From an uncultured bacterium (GTDB taxonomy: Bacteria > Lernaellota > Lernaellaia > Lernaellales > Lernaellaceae): a stretch of 21,540 nucleotides of DNA. The translations under genes and the position numbers were made by a program. Below, piece by piece: positions 1 through 8,615 of this stretch. The stretch covers positions 1 through 21,540 of the forward strand of contig CAZHPN010000021.1 in the NCBI GenBank assembly GCA_964534375.1. The letters run 5' to 3'. Position 1 is the first letter of the stretch; each line of letters starts with the position of its first letter. The notes beneath the pieces were generated by a model that worked only from the letters and a program-made list of their open reading frames with translations, was not told the origin of the DNA and did not search any database.

Positions 1-89
1 AGGCGGAATTGGCGGACGCGCTCGCGGATTTCGCCCGGCGCGAGCGGCGGTTCGGCAAGACCAGCGAACAGTTGACGGAGAAGGTTTAG
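1..89 (+). CDS. uppS: Undecaprenyl diphosphate synthase / isoprenyl transferase, 3' end (5' truncated by window)
   Basis: Frame from position 3 reads AELADALADFARRERRFGKTSEQLTEKV* (TAG 87-89). RRERRFG is the conserved UppS C-terminal motif, and the gene sits directly before cdsA-dxr-rseP. Confidence 0.88.
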   Translation, partial: AELADALADFARRERRFGKTSEQLTEKV

Positions 90-122
90 AAGAGTTCCGG
101 GAACCACAAGGAAAGACGAACC

Positions 123-962
123 ATGAACAAAACCAAAATCATCGCGGCGGTGGTGCTGTTGCCGATATTCATCTGGCTGATCGGCTGGGGTCCGCCCTGG
201 CTGATTCTCGCGGCGGTCGTCGTGATCGCCGCCGGCATGGGCGGCGCGGAAAGCGCGCGGCTGGTTTTCGGCGAGGGCGATCCGTCGTTCCGTTTCGCCG
301 CGACGGTATTCTCCATCGTCGCGTGCCTCGCCGCGGCGACCGGCAGCGACATGTGCATTGCGCCGACGGTCGTGCTGATTTTTCTCGCGTCGCTCGGGGT
401 CGCCGGCTTGATGTCGACCGACCTGTCGACGGCCGCGACGCGCGCCGCCAAATTGGTCTTCGTCGCGATCTATCCGGGCCTGCTGTCGGGCTACGTCGTC
501 GCGTTGAAAGGCGTCGAAACCGGGTACGGCCACGGCAAGCTGTTGTTCGTGCTGTTCGCGCTGGTCTGGATCAACGACGCCGGCGCGTTCTTCGTCGGCA
601 GCGCCATGGGCAAAAAGAAGCTGGCGCCGCGCATCAGCCCGGGAAAAACGTGGGAGGGCTCGATCGGCGGCTTTGCCGCAACGGTCATTCTGGGCGCGTT
701 GATCGGCATGTTCTCCCGCTTCACGTTCTGGCAGGGGCTGACGCTCGGCGTCGTGCTGGGCGTGCTCGGGCCGATCGGCGATCTGGTCGAGTCCGCGCTG
801 AAGCGCGGCGCGGGGGTCAAAGACTCCGGCAAGTTCCTGCCCGGCCACGGCGGGGTGCTCGACCGCATCGACAGCGTCATCTTCTGCGCGCCGATTCTGT
901 ACTACTACATCGTCCTGGCGATTCACTGCGCTATGAGCTGCTGTCACGGCGCACACACCTGA
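123..962 (+). CDS. cdsA: Phosphatidate cytidylyltransferase
   Basis: Hydrophobic 279 aa protein with ISPGKTWEG, GDLVESALKRGAGVKDSG and LPGHGGVLDRIDS motifs; canonical position between uppS and dxr. Confidence 0.96.
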   Translation: MNKTKIIAAVVLLPIFIWLIGWGPPWLILAAVVVIAAGMGGAESARLVFGEGDPSFRFAATVFSIVACLAAATGSDMCIAPTVVLIFLASLGVAGLMSTDLSTAATRAAKLVFVAIYPGLLSGYVVALKGVETGYGHGKLLFVLFALVWINDAGAFFVGSAMGKKKLAPRISPGKTWEGSIGGFAATVILGALIGMFSRFTFWQGLTLGVVLGVLGPIGDLVESALKRGAGVKDSGKFLPGHGGVLDRIDSVIFCAPILYYYIVLAIHCAMSCCHGAHT

Positions 963-964
963 CC

Positions 965-2140
965 ATGGTCAAACGCCTCGTCATCCTCGGCAGCACCGGC
1001 AGCATCGGCGCCGCAACCTTGGCGGTCGTCGCCGCCCACCCCGATCGCTTCGCCGTGACCGCGCTCGCCGCCGGCGACAACACCGATTTGCTGGCCGCGC
1101 AAATCCGCCGATTCCGGCCGCAGCTGGCGAGCGTGCGCACCGCCGCCGGCGCCGGCCGGCTGCGCGATCAACTCGGGCCGGACGCGCCCGAGATTCTCTA
1201 CGGCCCGGCGGGTCTCAACGCCGTCGCGCGCTTTCCCGACGCCGAGATGGCGGTCTCGGCGGTGGTCGGCGCCGCCGGGCTGGAGCCGACCTGGAGCGCG
1301 ATTCAATCCGGCAAGCAGATCGCGCTGGCGAACAAGGAAACGCTGGTGATGGCCGGGGCGCTCGTGCTGCGCGCGGCGAAGGAGAAGGGCGTCGCGCTGT
1401 TGCCGGTCGATTCCGAGCACGCGGCGGTGCTGCAATCGCTCGCCGGCCATCGCCGCGACGAGGTGCGGCGGATCGTGCTCACTGCCAGCGGCGGGCCGTT
1501 CCGCGAATGGGACCGCGAACTCATCGCGCAGGCGACGCCCGGCGACGCCCTGGCGCACCCCACGTGGCGCATGGGGCGGAAAATCACCATTGATTCCGCG
1601 ACCTTGATGAACAAGGGCCTGGAGGTGATCGAGGCCCACTGGCTGTTCGCGCAGCCGGCGGAGAAGATCGCCATCGTGGTGCACACCGAGTCGATCGTGC
1701 ACAGCATGGTCGAGTTCCACGACGGACAGGTTGTCGCGCAACTGGGCGTGCCCGACATGAAGGGGCCGATCGCCTACGCGCTCAGTTATCCGGACCGGCT
1801 GCCCGACGTCATCGCCTCCCTCGACCTGACGCGCATCGGCGCGCTGCACTTTTACGAGGTGGAGCGCGACAAATTCCCCTGCCTGAATCTCGCGTACCAG
1901 GCGCTGGCTGGTAGCGAACTCGACCCGGCGATTCTCAACGCGGCCAACGAGGCCGCGGTCCACGCCTTCCTGGCTGGGCGAATTGGTTTCTATGGGATCT
2001 CCCAAATCATCGAAGAAACGCTTAATATGTTGGAAGGCGGCCGAGCCGACAGCCTCGATGCCATTTTGGACATCGACCGGCGGGCTCGCGCCAAAGCCGA
2101 GCAAATCGCCGCAAGGCTGGAAGGAGAAAAGAGAAATTGA
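965..2140 (+). CDS. dxr: 1-deoxy-D-xylulose-5-phosphate reductoisomerase
   Basis: True start ATG at 965 (MVKRLVILGSTGSIG) inside track ORF 323..2140; motifs LANKETLV, PVDSEH, TASGGPFR, HPTWRMGRKITIDSATLMNKGLEVIEAHWLF, LNAANE. Confidence 0.97.
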   Translation: MVKRLVILGSTGSIGAATLAVVAAHPDRFAVTALAAGDNTDLLAAQIRRFRPQLASVRTAAGAGRLRDQLGPDAPEILYGPAGLNAVARFPDAEMAVSAVVGAAGLEPTWSAIQSGKQIALANKETLVMAGALVLRAAKEKGVALLPVDSEHAAVLQSLAGHRRDEVRRIVLTASGGPFREWDRELIAQATPGDALAHPTWRMGRKITIDSATLMNKGLEVIEAHWLFAQPAEKIAIVVHTESIVHSMVEFHDGQVVAQLGVPDMKGPIAYALSYPDRLPDVIASLDLTRIGALHFYEVERDKFPCLNLAYQALAGSELDPAILNAANEAAVHAFLAGRIGFYGISQIIEETLNMLEGGRADSLDAILDIDRRARAKAEQIAARLEGEKRN

Positions 2141-3804
2141 TTTCCTCGTTTTTGATCTCAGTGGGCGCCTTCGTTCTGTTGCTTTCCATCGTCGTCATCG
2201 CTCATGAGTATGGCCATTACAAGACCGGCCGCCTGCTGGGAATCGGCGTCGAACGGTTTTCGATCGGCTTCGGCCCGGCGCTGTACAAATGGACGCGCGA
2301 CGGCGTCGAATTCAAAATCGGCGCCGTGCCGCTCGGCGGCTACGTAAAGTTCGTTGGCGAGGAACCCGACAAGCCGGTGTCCGACGACCAGCGCGACAAA
2401 GCCTTCAGCACGGCGCCCGTGTACAAACGGATGCTGACCGTCGTCGCCGGGCCCGCGATGAACGTCGTGCTCGGCTTCGTCCTGTTTTGCATCATCTTCG
2501 TCTTCGGCTTTCCCGCCCCCGCCGCCGTCATCGGCGATGTGGCGCCCAACACCCCCGCGGCCAAAGCCGGCGTGTTGCCCGGCGACCGCGTCGTTGCGAT
2601 CGACGGCAAGCCGATTCGCTTCTGGCACGAGCTGTCGTTGCGCGTCGCGGACAGCGCGGCGAGGCCGCTCGTGTTCGCCATCGAGCGCGCCGGCCGGCGT
2701 TTGTCATTGCCGATCACACCGGAGCGGATCAATGCGCCGGACATGTTGTACATGTTCGAGACGCAGCGCGGCTCGATCGGCGTTTCGCCGATGGGCCTGC
2801 GGCCGCTGATCGGCGTGCGCGACGCGAATTCCGACGCGGCCAAGGCGGGCTTGAAAACCGGCGACGTGATCCTGACCGTCGACGACAAGCCGGTGGTGTT
2901 TTTCGCCGAACTCGAACCGCTGTTGGCGGCGGCGACCGGGCCGCTGCGCCTGGGCGTCGGCCGCGGCGAGCCGAACGTTTTTCAAGAGCATCCGGCCTTG
3001 TCGGAAACGGTGGTCGTGCCGCCCGCGGCGGACGGCCCGTGGACGCTGGGGAAACTCGGCGTCGAATCCGGCGAAATGTACGTCTACGCGGTTCAGCCGG
3101 CGAGCCCGGCGGAGGCGGCCGGTTTGCACGCCGGCGACCGCTTGCTCGCGGTGGACGACCGGATGGTGAATTCGTGGAAAGAATTCACCGAGGCGATCCG
3201 CGCGAAGCCCGATCGGGAGACCTCGATCATGGTGTTGCGCAGCGGCGCGACCACGACGATCAAAGCCGTGCCGCGCAAGGTCGAAGAGCTCAACGCGCTC
3301 GGGCAAAAGGAAACCTATGGCCAAATCGGCATTCAGCGTCTGGTGGCGTTCACGCCCGCGGTGGAAGAAGTCGAGCGCTATTGGAACCCGGTCAAAATCC
3401 TGATCCGCGGCCTGCAAGAGTCGTGGACGTGGACCGTGCGCCTGATCAAAGGCTTGTTTTACCTGTTCGTGGGCAAAGTGCCGACCAGCAGTCTCGGCGG
3501 CCCCATCGCCATCGCCCGAATGGCCGGCGAATCGGCGCAAATGGGGGTGATTCAATTCCTGATCTTCACGGCGATCATCAGCTTCAACCTGGCGTTCATC
3601 AACTTGCTCCCGATTCCGATCTTCGACGGCGGCCACCTGCTGCTGTTCGCGATCGAAGGCGTCCGCCGCCGGCCGCTCTCCGAGCGGGCCATGGGCGTGG
3701 CGCTGCGCATCGGCATCGTCGTGCTCGCCGCCCTGTTCATGTTGATCTTCTACAACGATTTCCGGTGGGTGTTCTTCAAGTTGAAGGAAATGCTCGGCGC
3801 ATGA
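2137..3804 (+). CDS. rseP: RIP metalloprotease RseP (site-2 protease, multiple PDZ domains)
   Basis: HEYGH zinc motif, FSIGFGP, PLGGYVK, AGPAMN and NLLPIPIFDGGH; PDZ-like segments (PAAKAGVLPGD, DAAKAGLKTGD, PAEAAGLHAGD); TTG start overlapping the dxr stop. Confidence 0.95.
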   Translation: MISSFLISVGAFVLLLSIVVIAHEYGHYKTGRLLGIGVERFSIGFGPALYKWTRDGVEFKIGAVPLGGYVKFVGEEPDKPVSDDQRDKAFSTAPVYKRMLTVVAGPAMNVVLGFVLFCIIFVFGFPAPAAVIGDVAPNTPAAKAGVLPGDRVVAIDGKPIRFWHELSLRVADSAARPLVFAIERAGRRLSLPITPERINAPDMLYMFETQRGSIGVSPMGLRPLIGVRDANSDAAKAGLKTGDVILTVDDKPVVFFAELEPLLAAATGPLRLGVGRGEPNVFQEHPALSETVVVPPAADGPWTLGKLGVESGEMYVYAVQPASPAEAAGLHAGDRLLAVDDRMVNSWKEFTEAIRAKPDRETSIMVLRSGATTTIKAVPRKVEELNALGQKETYGQIGIQRLVAFTPAVEEVERYWNPVKILIRGLQESWTWTVRLIKGLFYLFVGKVPTSSLGGPIAIARMAGESAQMGVIQFLIFTAIISFNLAFINLLPIPIFDGGHLLLFAIEGVRRRPLSERAMGVALRIGIVVLAALFMLIFYNDFRWVFFKLKEMLGA

Positions 3805-4499
3805 AAATCCTGGCGCTGGACACCAGTTCGCGCGCCGGCTCCGCGGCGTTGCTCGACGATGACCGGCTGGTCGCGGCGCACCAATTGGACGTCAGCGCCA
3901 CGCATTCCGAGCGCCTGCTGCCGGCCGTCGACCGCCTGCTGGGCGACGCCGGCTGGAAAATCGCCGACCTCGCGTTGCTCGCCTGCGCCAAAGGCCCCGG
4001 TAGTTTCACCGGGCTGCGCATCGGCATTGCCAGCGCCAAAGGCATGGCCGTCGCCGCGAGCCTGCCGTTGGTCGGCGTCGACAGCCTGGAAGCGACGGCG
4101 CTCGCGCTCGCGTTCGCCGCCGCGCCGATCGCGGCGCTGATCGACGCCCGCAAACGACAGGTCTACGCCGCGCTTTTTCAACCGGACGGTCGCGGCGGCC
4201 TGCGGCGGCTGCGCGATGACGTTTCCACGCCGGCCGCGCCGTGGGCGGCCGAGATCGCCGGCCCATGCCTGTTCGTGGGCGACGGGGCGGAACTGTACTG
4301 GGACGAGATACGGGCCGCCAAACCCGACGCCGCACTGGCGCCGCTGACGCTATGTTGCCCGCGGGCGGCGAGCGTCGGCTGGCTGGGGCGGCGCGCCTTT
4401 CTCGCCGGGGAGAAGGGTCTGATCGCGCATTACGTACGGCCGTCGGACGCCGAGTTGAACCCGAAATTCGCGCCTGGGGTCGAAGCGGCGACGAAATAA
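3801..4499 (+). CDS. tsaB: tRNA threonylcarbamoyladenosine biosynthesis protein TsaB
   Basis: ATG at 3801 overlaps the rseP stop (ATGA); MKILALDTSS, HSERLLP, GPGSFTGLRIG, IDARKRQVY, and C-terminal YVRPSDAE. Confidence 0.95.
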   Translation: MKILALDTSSRAGSAALLDDDRLVAAHQLDVSATHSERLLPAVDRLLGDAGWKIADLALLACAKGPGSFTGLRIGIASAKGMAVAASLPLVGVDSLEATALALAFAAAPIAALIDARKRQVYAALFQPDGRGGLRRLRDDVSTPAAPWAAEIAGPCLFVGDGAELYWDEIRAAKPDAALAPLTLCCPRAASVGWLGRRAFLAGEKGLIAHYVRPSDAELNPKFAPGVEAATK

Positions 4500-4526
4500 G
4501 AAAAACGGGCGCGAGGCCGCGTGGCG

Positions 4527-4558
4527 TTCTTGCAAACGGCGCGGCACTAATGCAAGAA
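4527..4558. repeat. Inverted repeat TTCTTGCA-N16-TGCAAGAA upstream of the DUF465-like gene (possible operator or RNA hairpin)
   Basis: Perfect 8-bp arms at 4527-4534 and 4551-4558, ending just before the GGAGG RBS at 4562-4566. Confidence 0.4.
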
Positions 4559-4577
4559 TCCGGAGGGTCGAAGCCGA

Positions 4578-4805
4578 ATGAACGACAAGGAACTGGCTGC
4601 ACGCGCGGAAAATGACGTCGAGTTGCGCCGCCTGCTGGCGGAACACCAGGAACTGGACCGGCAGGTGGACGCGCTCAACAGGCGGCACGTGCGCACGCCG
4701 GCCGAGGAACTGGAGCGCAAGCGCTTGTCCAAGCTGAAGCTGGCGAGCAAGGACCGCATTGCCCAGATCGTCGCCCGGCGCCCGCAAGACGCCGGGCAAG
4801 AGTAG
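4578..4805 (+). CDS. Small coiled-coil protein, DUF465 (YdcH-like) family
   Basis: 75 aa with RRLLAEHQELDRQV...LSKLKLASKDRI, matching the DUF465 pattern (H-x-x-L-D...LK-x-KL-x-x-KD-x-I); GGAGG upstream. Confidence 0.8.
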   Translation: MNDKELAARAENDVELRRLLAEHQELDRQVDALNRRHVRTPAEELERKRLSKLKLASKDRIAQIVARRPQDAGQE

Positions 4806-4853
4806 GCGCCAGGGCGGCGTCCGTCCCGCCGAGCGCACGGAAAGACAGCGACG

Positions 4854-5510
4854 ATGAAGAATGAAAATACGATAGTTGCTGCCGAAGGCCGGCCGTTTAT
4901 CGCCGTCGCGGCGTTGATATTATTGGTGATGCTCGTCTTCCACGCGCCGTGGTGGGCGACGACCGTGTGGGCGGCGCTGACGATTTTCGTCGTGGCGTTT
5001 TTCCGCAACCCGCACCGCGTGGTCCCGCCCGGCGCCGACGCGATCGTTTCGCCGGCCGACGGCGAGGTCATCGCCGTCGCCGAATTCGACGACATGCGTT
5101 TCGGCATGGGCCGCTGCAAGCGCCTCAGCATTTTCATGAGTCCGTTCAACGTCCACGTGAATCGCGTGCCGCTGACCGCCAAAGTCCTGGACGTGCAATA
5201 CCGCCCCGGCCGCTTTCTCGTGGCGTCGGCGGAAAAAGCCTCGCTCGACAACGAGCAATGCGCGGTGATCGCCGAGACGCCGGGCGGCCGGCGCTTCGTC
5301 TTCGTGCAGATCGCCGGCATGATGGCGCGGCGGATCGTCACCTACGCGCGGCCCGGCGACCAACTCGTCAAAGGGATGCGCTACGGCTTGATTCGCTTCG
5401 GCAGCCGGGTGGATTTGTATCTGCCGCTGTCGGCGGAAATCGAGGTGCGGCCTGGCGACCGCGTGCGCGGCGCCGCGACCCGCATCGGGAGGTTGTCCGA
5501 TGCCAGCTAA
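4854..5510 (+). CDS. psd: Phosphatidylserine decarboxylase proenzyme (short type)
   Basis: FFRNPHR, IVSPADG, IFMSPFNVHVNR, QIAG..ARRI and the GLIRFGSRVD autocleavage site; adjacent to pssA. Confidence 0.95.
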   Translation: MKNENTIVAAEGRPFIAVAALILLVMLVFHAPWWATTVWAALTIFVVAFFRNPHRVVPPGADAIVSPADGEVIAVAEFDDMRFGMGRCKRLSIFMSPFNVHVNRVPLTAKVLDVQYRPGRFLVASAEKASLDNEQCAVIAETPGGRRFVFVQIAGMMARRIVTYARPGDQLVKGMRYGLIRFGSRVDLYLPLSAEIEVRPGDRVRGAATRIGRLSDAS

Positions 5511-6411
5511 ACCCGGAATCTTGCGTCGCCGCTTCGGCCGCCGCCGCGCGCCGTACGCGGCGCCCCCCGTCGTCGACGGCTTGCCGCCGCTCGACGAACA
5601 TGGCGAGGCGGCCGGCGAACTGGCGAAGGAAGGTCCGCGCCGCGGCTTCTATCTGTTGCCCAATCTGCTCACCACCGCGAGTTTGATGCTCGGCTTTTAC
5701 AGCATCACCATGTCGTTCGGCGCGTTCATCAATCCGCGGCCCGGCGTCGACTATTTCTTCGTCGCGGCGTGGTCGATCTTCGCCGCGGCGATCTTCGACG
5801 GCCTCGACGGCCGGGTCGCGCGGCTGACCAAAACGACCAGTTCGTTCGGGGTGCAATACGATTCGCTCTCCGACCTGGTGAGTTTCGGCCTCGCGCCGGC
5901 GGCGCTGGTTTACAACTTCGCCTTGCGCTGGGGCTATCACGAGGCGCACGGCACGGGCCTGGGCTGGGTGGCGGCGTTTTTGTTCGCGGTCTGCGGCGGG
6001 CTGCGCCTGGCGCGGTTCAACGTGACGACCGACAAACTGCCGCCGGGCGTCTTTCAGGGCCTGGCGATCCCCGCGGCGGCGGTGACCATGGCGTTCACCG
6101 TGCTGCTGTTCCACGAGATGGGCTGGGTCGCCGCCTCGGGCGCCACGGGCAGCTATTGGCTGTTCCTGATCCTGACGGTTGCGCTGGCCTTGCTGATGGT
6201 GAGCAGTTTCTATTATCCCAATTTCAAGCATCTCGATATTCACAAACGGCATCCGTTCGGCACGCTGCTGTTCGTCGTCGTGGCGCTGGCGGTCGTGTTC
6301 GCCCAGCCGGTGAAAACGATCTTCCTGTTCGTCATGGGGTACGCATGCAGCGCCCCGCTGAAGTGGTTTTTGGTCCACCGCCGTGGCGGCCAGGAGACCT
6401 ACGCGAAGTAA
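5500..6411 (+). CDS. pssA: CDP-diacylglycerol--serine O-phosphatidyltransferase
   Basis: LLPNLLT, CDP-alcohol phosphotransferase motif FDGLDGRVARLTKTTSSFGVQYDSLSDLVSFG, LRLARFN, FQGLAIPAAA, LMVS; GGGAGG RBS before the ATG at 5500. Confidence 0.95.
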   Translation: MPAKPGILRRRFGRRRAPYAAPPVVDGLPPLDEHGEAAGELAKEGPRRGFYLLPNLLTTASLMLGFYSITMSFGAFINPRPGVDYFFVAAWSIFAAAIFDGLDGRVARLTKTTSSFGVQYDSLSDLVSFGLAPAALVYNFALRWGYHEAHGTGLGWVAAFLFAVCGGLRLARFNVTTDKLPPGVFQGLAIPAAAVTMAFTVLLFHEMGWVAASGATGSYWLFLILTVALALLMVSSFYYPNFKHLDIHKRHPFGTLLFVVVALAVVFAQPVKTIFLFVMGYACSAPLKWFLVHRRGGQETYAK

Positions 6412-6463
6412 ACGTCGTTCCGACGGGCCGCGCAGCGCGCCGCCGCCCGCCGAAGGAGTCACG

Positions 6464-7486
6464 ATGGGCAAGAAATCCGCGTACAACGTCGCGGTCGTCG
6501 GCGCCACCGGTTTGGTCGGCAAGGAGATCTTGTCGGTGCTGGCGGAGCGCAAGTTCCCGACCGCGGAAGTGCGGGCGCTGGCCAGCGAACGCAGCGAGGG
6601 CGGCACGGTCGCCTTCGGCGCCGAGTCGTTGCGCGTCAAGAAGCTGGACGAAAACAGTTTTGCCGGCATCGACCTGGCGCTGTTCTCCGCCGGCGGGCCG
6701 ATCAGCCAGAAGTTCGCGCCGCTCGCCGCCGCCGCCGGGGCGGTGGTCGTGGACAACACGGCGGCGTTCCGCTTCGAAAAAGACGTACCGCTGGTCGTGC
6801 CGGAGGTCAATCCGCAGGCCCTGGCCGGCTACCGCGCGCGCAACATCATCGCCAACCCGAACTGCTCGACGATCCAAATGGTCGTTGCGCTCAAGCCGCT
6901 GCACGACGCCGCGAAAATCAAGCGCGTCGTCGTCGCCACCTACCAGTCGGTGTCGGGCGCGGGCAAAGAGGCGGTTGACGAATTGGCGGCCCAAACGCTG
7001 GCGCTGTTCAACCAGAAAGAAGTGACCAAGACCGTGTTTCCGCACCAGATCGCGTTCAACTGCCTGCCGCAGATCGACATCTTCCTGGAGAACGGTTACA
7101 CCAAAGAAGAGATGAAAATGGTGTGGGAGACGCAGAAAATCCTCGACCCGGCGATCAAGGTTTCGCCGACGACGGTGCGCGTCCCGACGTTCGCCTGCCA
7201 CGCCGAGGCGGTGAACGTGGAATTCGAAAACGACCTGTCGCCGGAACAGGCTCGCGAATTGCTGAAGAAGTTCCCGGGCGTCGTCGTCGTCGACGATCCG
7301 GCCAAGAAGGAATATCCGTTGAACGTCATGGCCGCCGGGCGCGACGAGGTTTTCGTCGGCCGTATCCGCCGCGACGAAAGCGTGCCGCACGGCCTGAATT
7401 TGTGGGTCGTGTCCGACAATATCCGCAAAGGGGCCGCCACCAACGCCGTGCAGATCGCCGAGTTGATGATCGCACGCTATTTATAA
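6464..7486 (+). CDS. asd: Aspartate-semialdehyde dehydrogenase
   Basis: Start ATG 6464 after AAGGAG; VAVVGATGLVG, IIANPNCSTIQ (catalytic Cys), TYQSVSGAG, GYTKEEMKM, VGRIR, DNIRKGAATNAVQIAE. Confidence 0.97.
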   Translation: MGKKSAYNVAVVGATGLVGKEILSVLAERKFPTAEVRALASERSEGGTVAFGAESLRVKKLDENSFAGIDLALFSAGGPISQKFAPLAAAAGAVVVDNTAAFRFEKDVPLVVPEVNPQALAGYRARNIIANPNCSTIQMVVALKPLHDAAKIKRVVVATYQSVSGAGKEAVDELAAQTLALFNQKEVTKTVFPHQIAFNCLPQIDIFLENGYTKEEMKMVWETQKILDPAIKVSPTTVRVPTFACHAEAVNVEFENDLSPEQARELLKKFPGVVVVDDPAKKEYPLNVMAAGRDEVFVGRIRRDESVPHGLNLWVVSDNIRKGAATNAVQIAELMIARYL

Positions 7487-7501
7487 CGACGCGCCGACCG
7501 C

Positions 7502-8599
7502 ATGGCCCGTGTCCGCAACATTCGACTGCGCCGCCGCGCAGTGTTCGCCGGCGTCGCGTTGGCGGCGTTTCTCGTCGCCGCCGAACTCCTGCTTCGCGCG
7601 TTCAATTTGACCACGCAATCGGGCGAACAGGTGTACGCCGACCGGTGGCTCTATTTTCCGCTGCGCACGGGGTCGCACGACTGGGACGAAAACCTGACGC
7701 TCGGCGTCCGCGTGTACCCGCCCGATCCGTTTCACTACAACATTCGCGCAGCGCTGACGCCGAAACTGCCCGGCTTCAAACGCATTATTTGCCTCGGCGA
7801 CAGTTCGACGTTCGGCGTGGGCTTGTCACGGCTGAGTCTGCCATACCCGCAGACGCTCGACCGCTTGCTCGGCCGCTGCTATCCGCAGGAGCGCGTCGAG
7901 GTTTGGAATTTCGGCCGGCCCGGCGCGTCGAGCTATCAGGGCCGGCTGTTGGCCGAGACGATTTGGGCCGAAGCGCAGCCCGACGCGTTGGTCTTTTTCT
8001 TCGGCGCGAACGACAGCGTTTTTGCGCCGATCCGCGCCGACAAGGATTGGGCCACGACGCCCGGCTGGAGCCTGCGGCTGCACCGCGCCTTGATGAACCG
8101 CAGCCTGTTTTATCGGCTGGTGCGCAGCATCAACGTGTCGTACCTCGAGCGGCAGGCGACGCAATGGCTCACCGGGCCGCGGCCCGCACCGGCGGCGCGA
8201 CGCCCGCGGGTGACCAAGGCGGATTTTTTGGCGAATCGCGAGGCGTTGCGGCAGCGGGTCGAGGCCGGCGGCGGGTTCCTGCTCACCGTCGTTTGTGGCT
8301 CGCGCGTGGACGATCGCGCCGTTCCGTGCGCCTATTTTGACGATTGGACGCCCGGTCCGGACGACATCGATCTGCCGGCGTTGTTCACGCGCGAACTGGC
8401 GGCGGGCCGCAATCCGTTCGCCGACCGGATTCACCCGAACCAGCACGGCCACCAGGTTCTGGCGCGGGAGTTGTTCGCGAAAATCGCGGAACGCTGGCAT
8501 GAGCCGGTTTGCGACGTGGAGCCGATCCTCGCGGCCGAAACGCGGGCTGAGGCGCAACGGGAAACGAAAGCGGCCGAAGCGGGTACGCCCGCGAGTTGA
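7502..8599 (+). CDS. Membrane-anchored SGNH/GDSL hydrolase family protein
   Basis: N-terminal basic stretch plus TM helix (..AAELLLR); block I LGDSSTFG, block II NFGRPGASS, block III FFGAND, block V DRIHP. Confidence 0.88.
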   Translation: MARVRNIRLRRRAVFAGVALAAFLVAAELLLRAFNLTTQSGEQVYADRWLYFPLRTGSHDWDENLTLGVRVYPPDPFHYNIRAALTPKLPGFKRIICLGDSSTFGVGLSRLSLPYPQTLDRLLGRCYPQERVEVWNFGRPGASSYQGRLLAETIWAEAQPDALVFFFGANDSVFAPIRADKDWATTPGWSLRLHRALMNRSLFYRLVRSINVSYLERQATQWLTGPRPAPAARRPRVTKADFLANREALRQRVEAGGGFLLTVVCGSRVDDRAVPCAYFDDWTPGPDDIDLPALFTRELAAGRNPFADRIHPNQHGHQVLARELFAKIAERWHEPVCDVEPILAAETRAEAQRETKAAEAGTPAS

Positions 8600-8615
8600 C
8601 GAGAACTTCAGGCCG

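Noticed and set aside
323..964. Apparent ~214-aa N-terminal extension of Dxr in the ORF track; similar extensions on tsaB (2289), asd (6383), the nucleotidyltransferase (11268), atpI (15407), argS (15223) and the ORFs starting at 15291 and 18983
   Set aside because: Mostly Arg/Gly/Ala-rich off-frame read-through of neighbouring genes or intergenic DNA, typical of high-GC sequence; family homology and RBS or stop-start overlaps indicate later starts.
4522..4554. TGGC…TTGC and CGGCAC…ATGC resembling sigma54 -24/-12 promoters
   Set aside because: GG-to-GC spacing is 7 nt rather than the required 10 nt.
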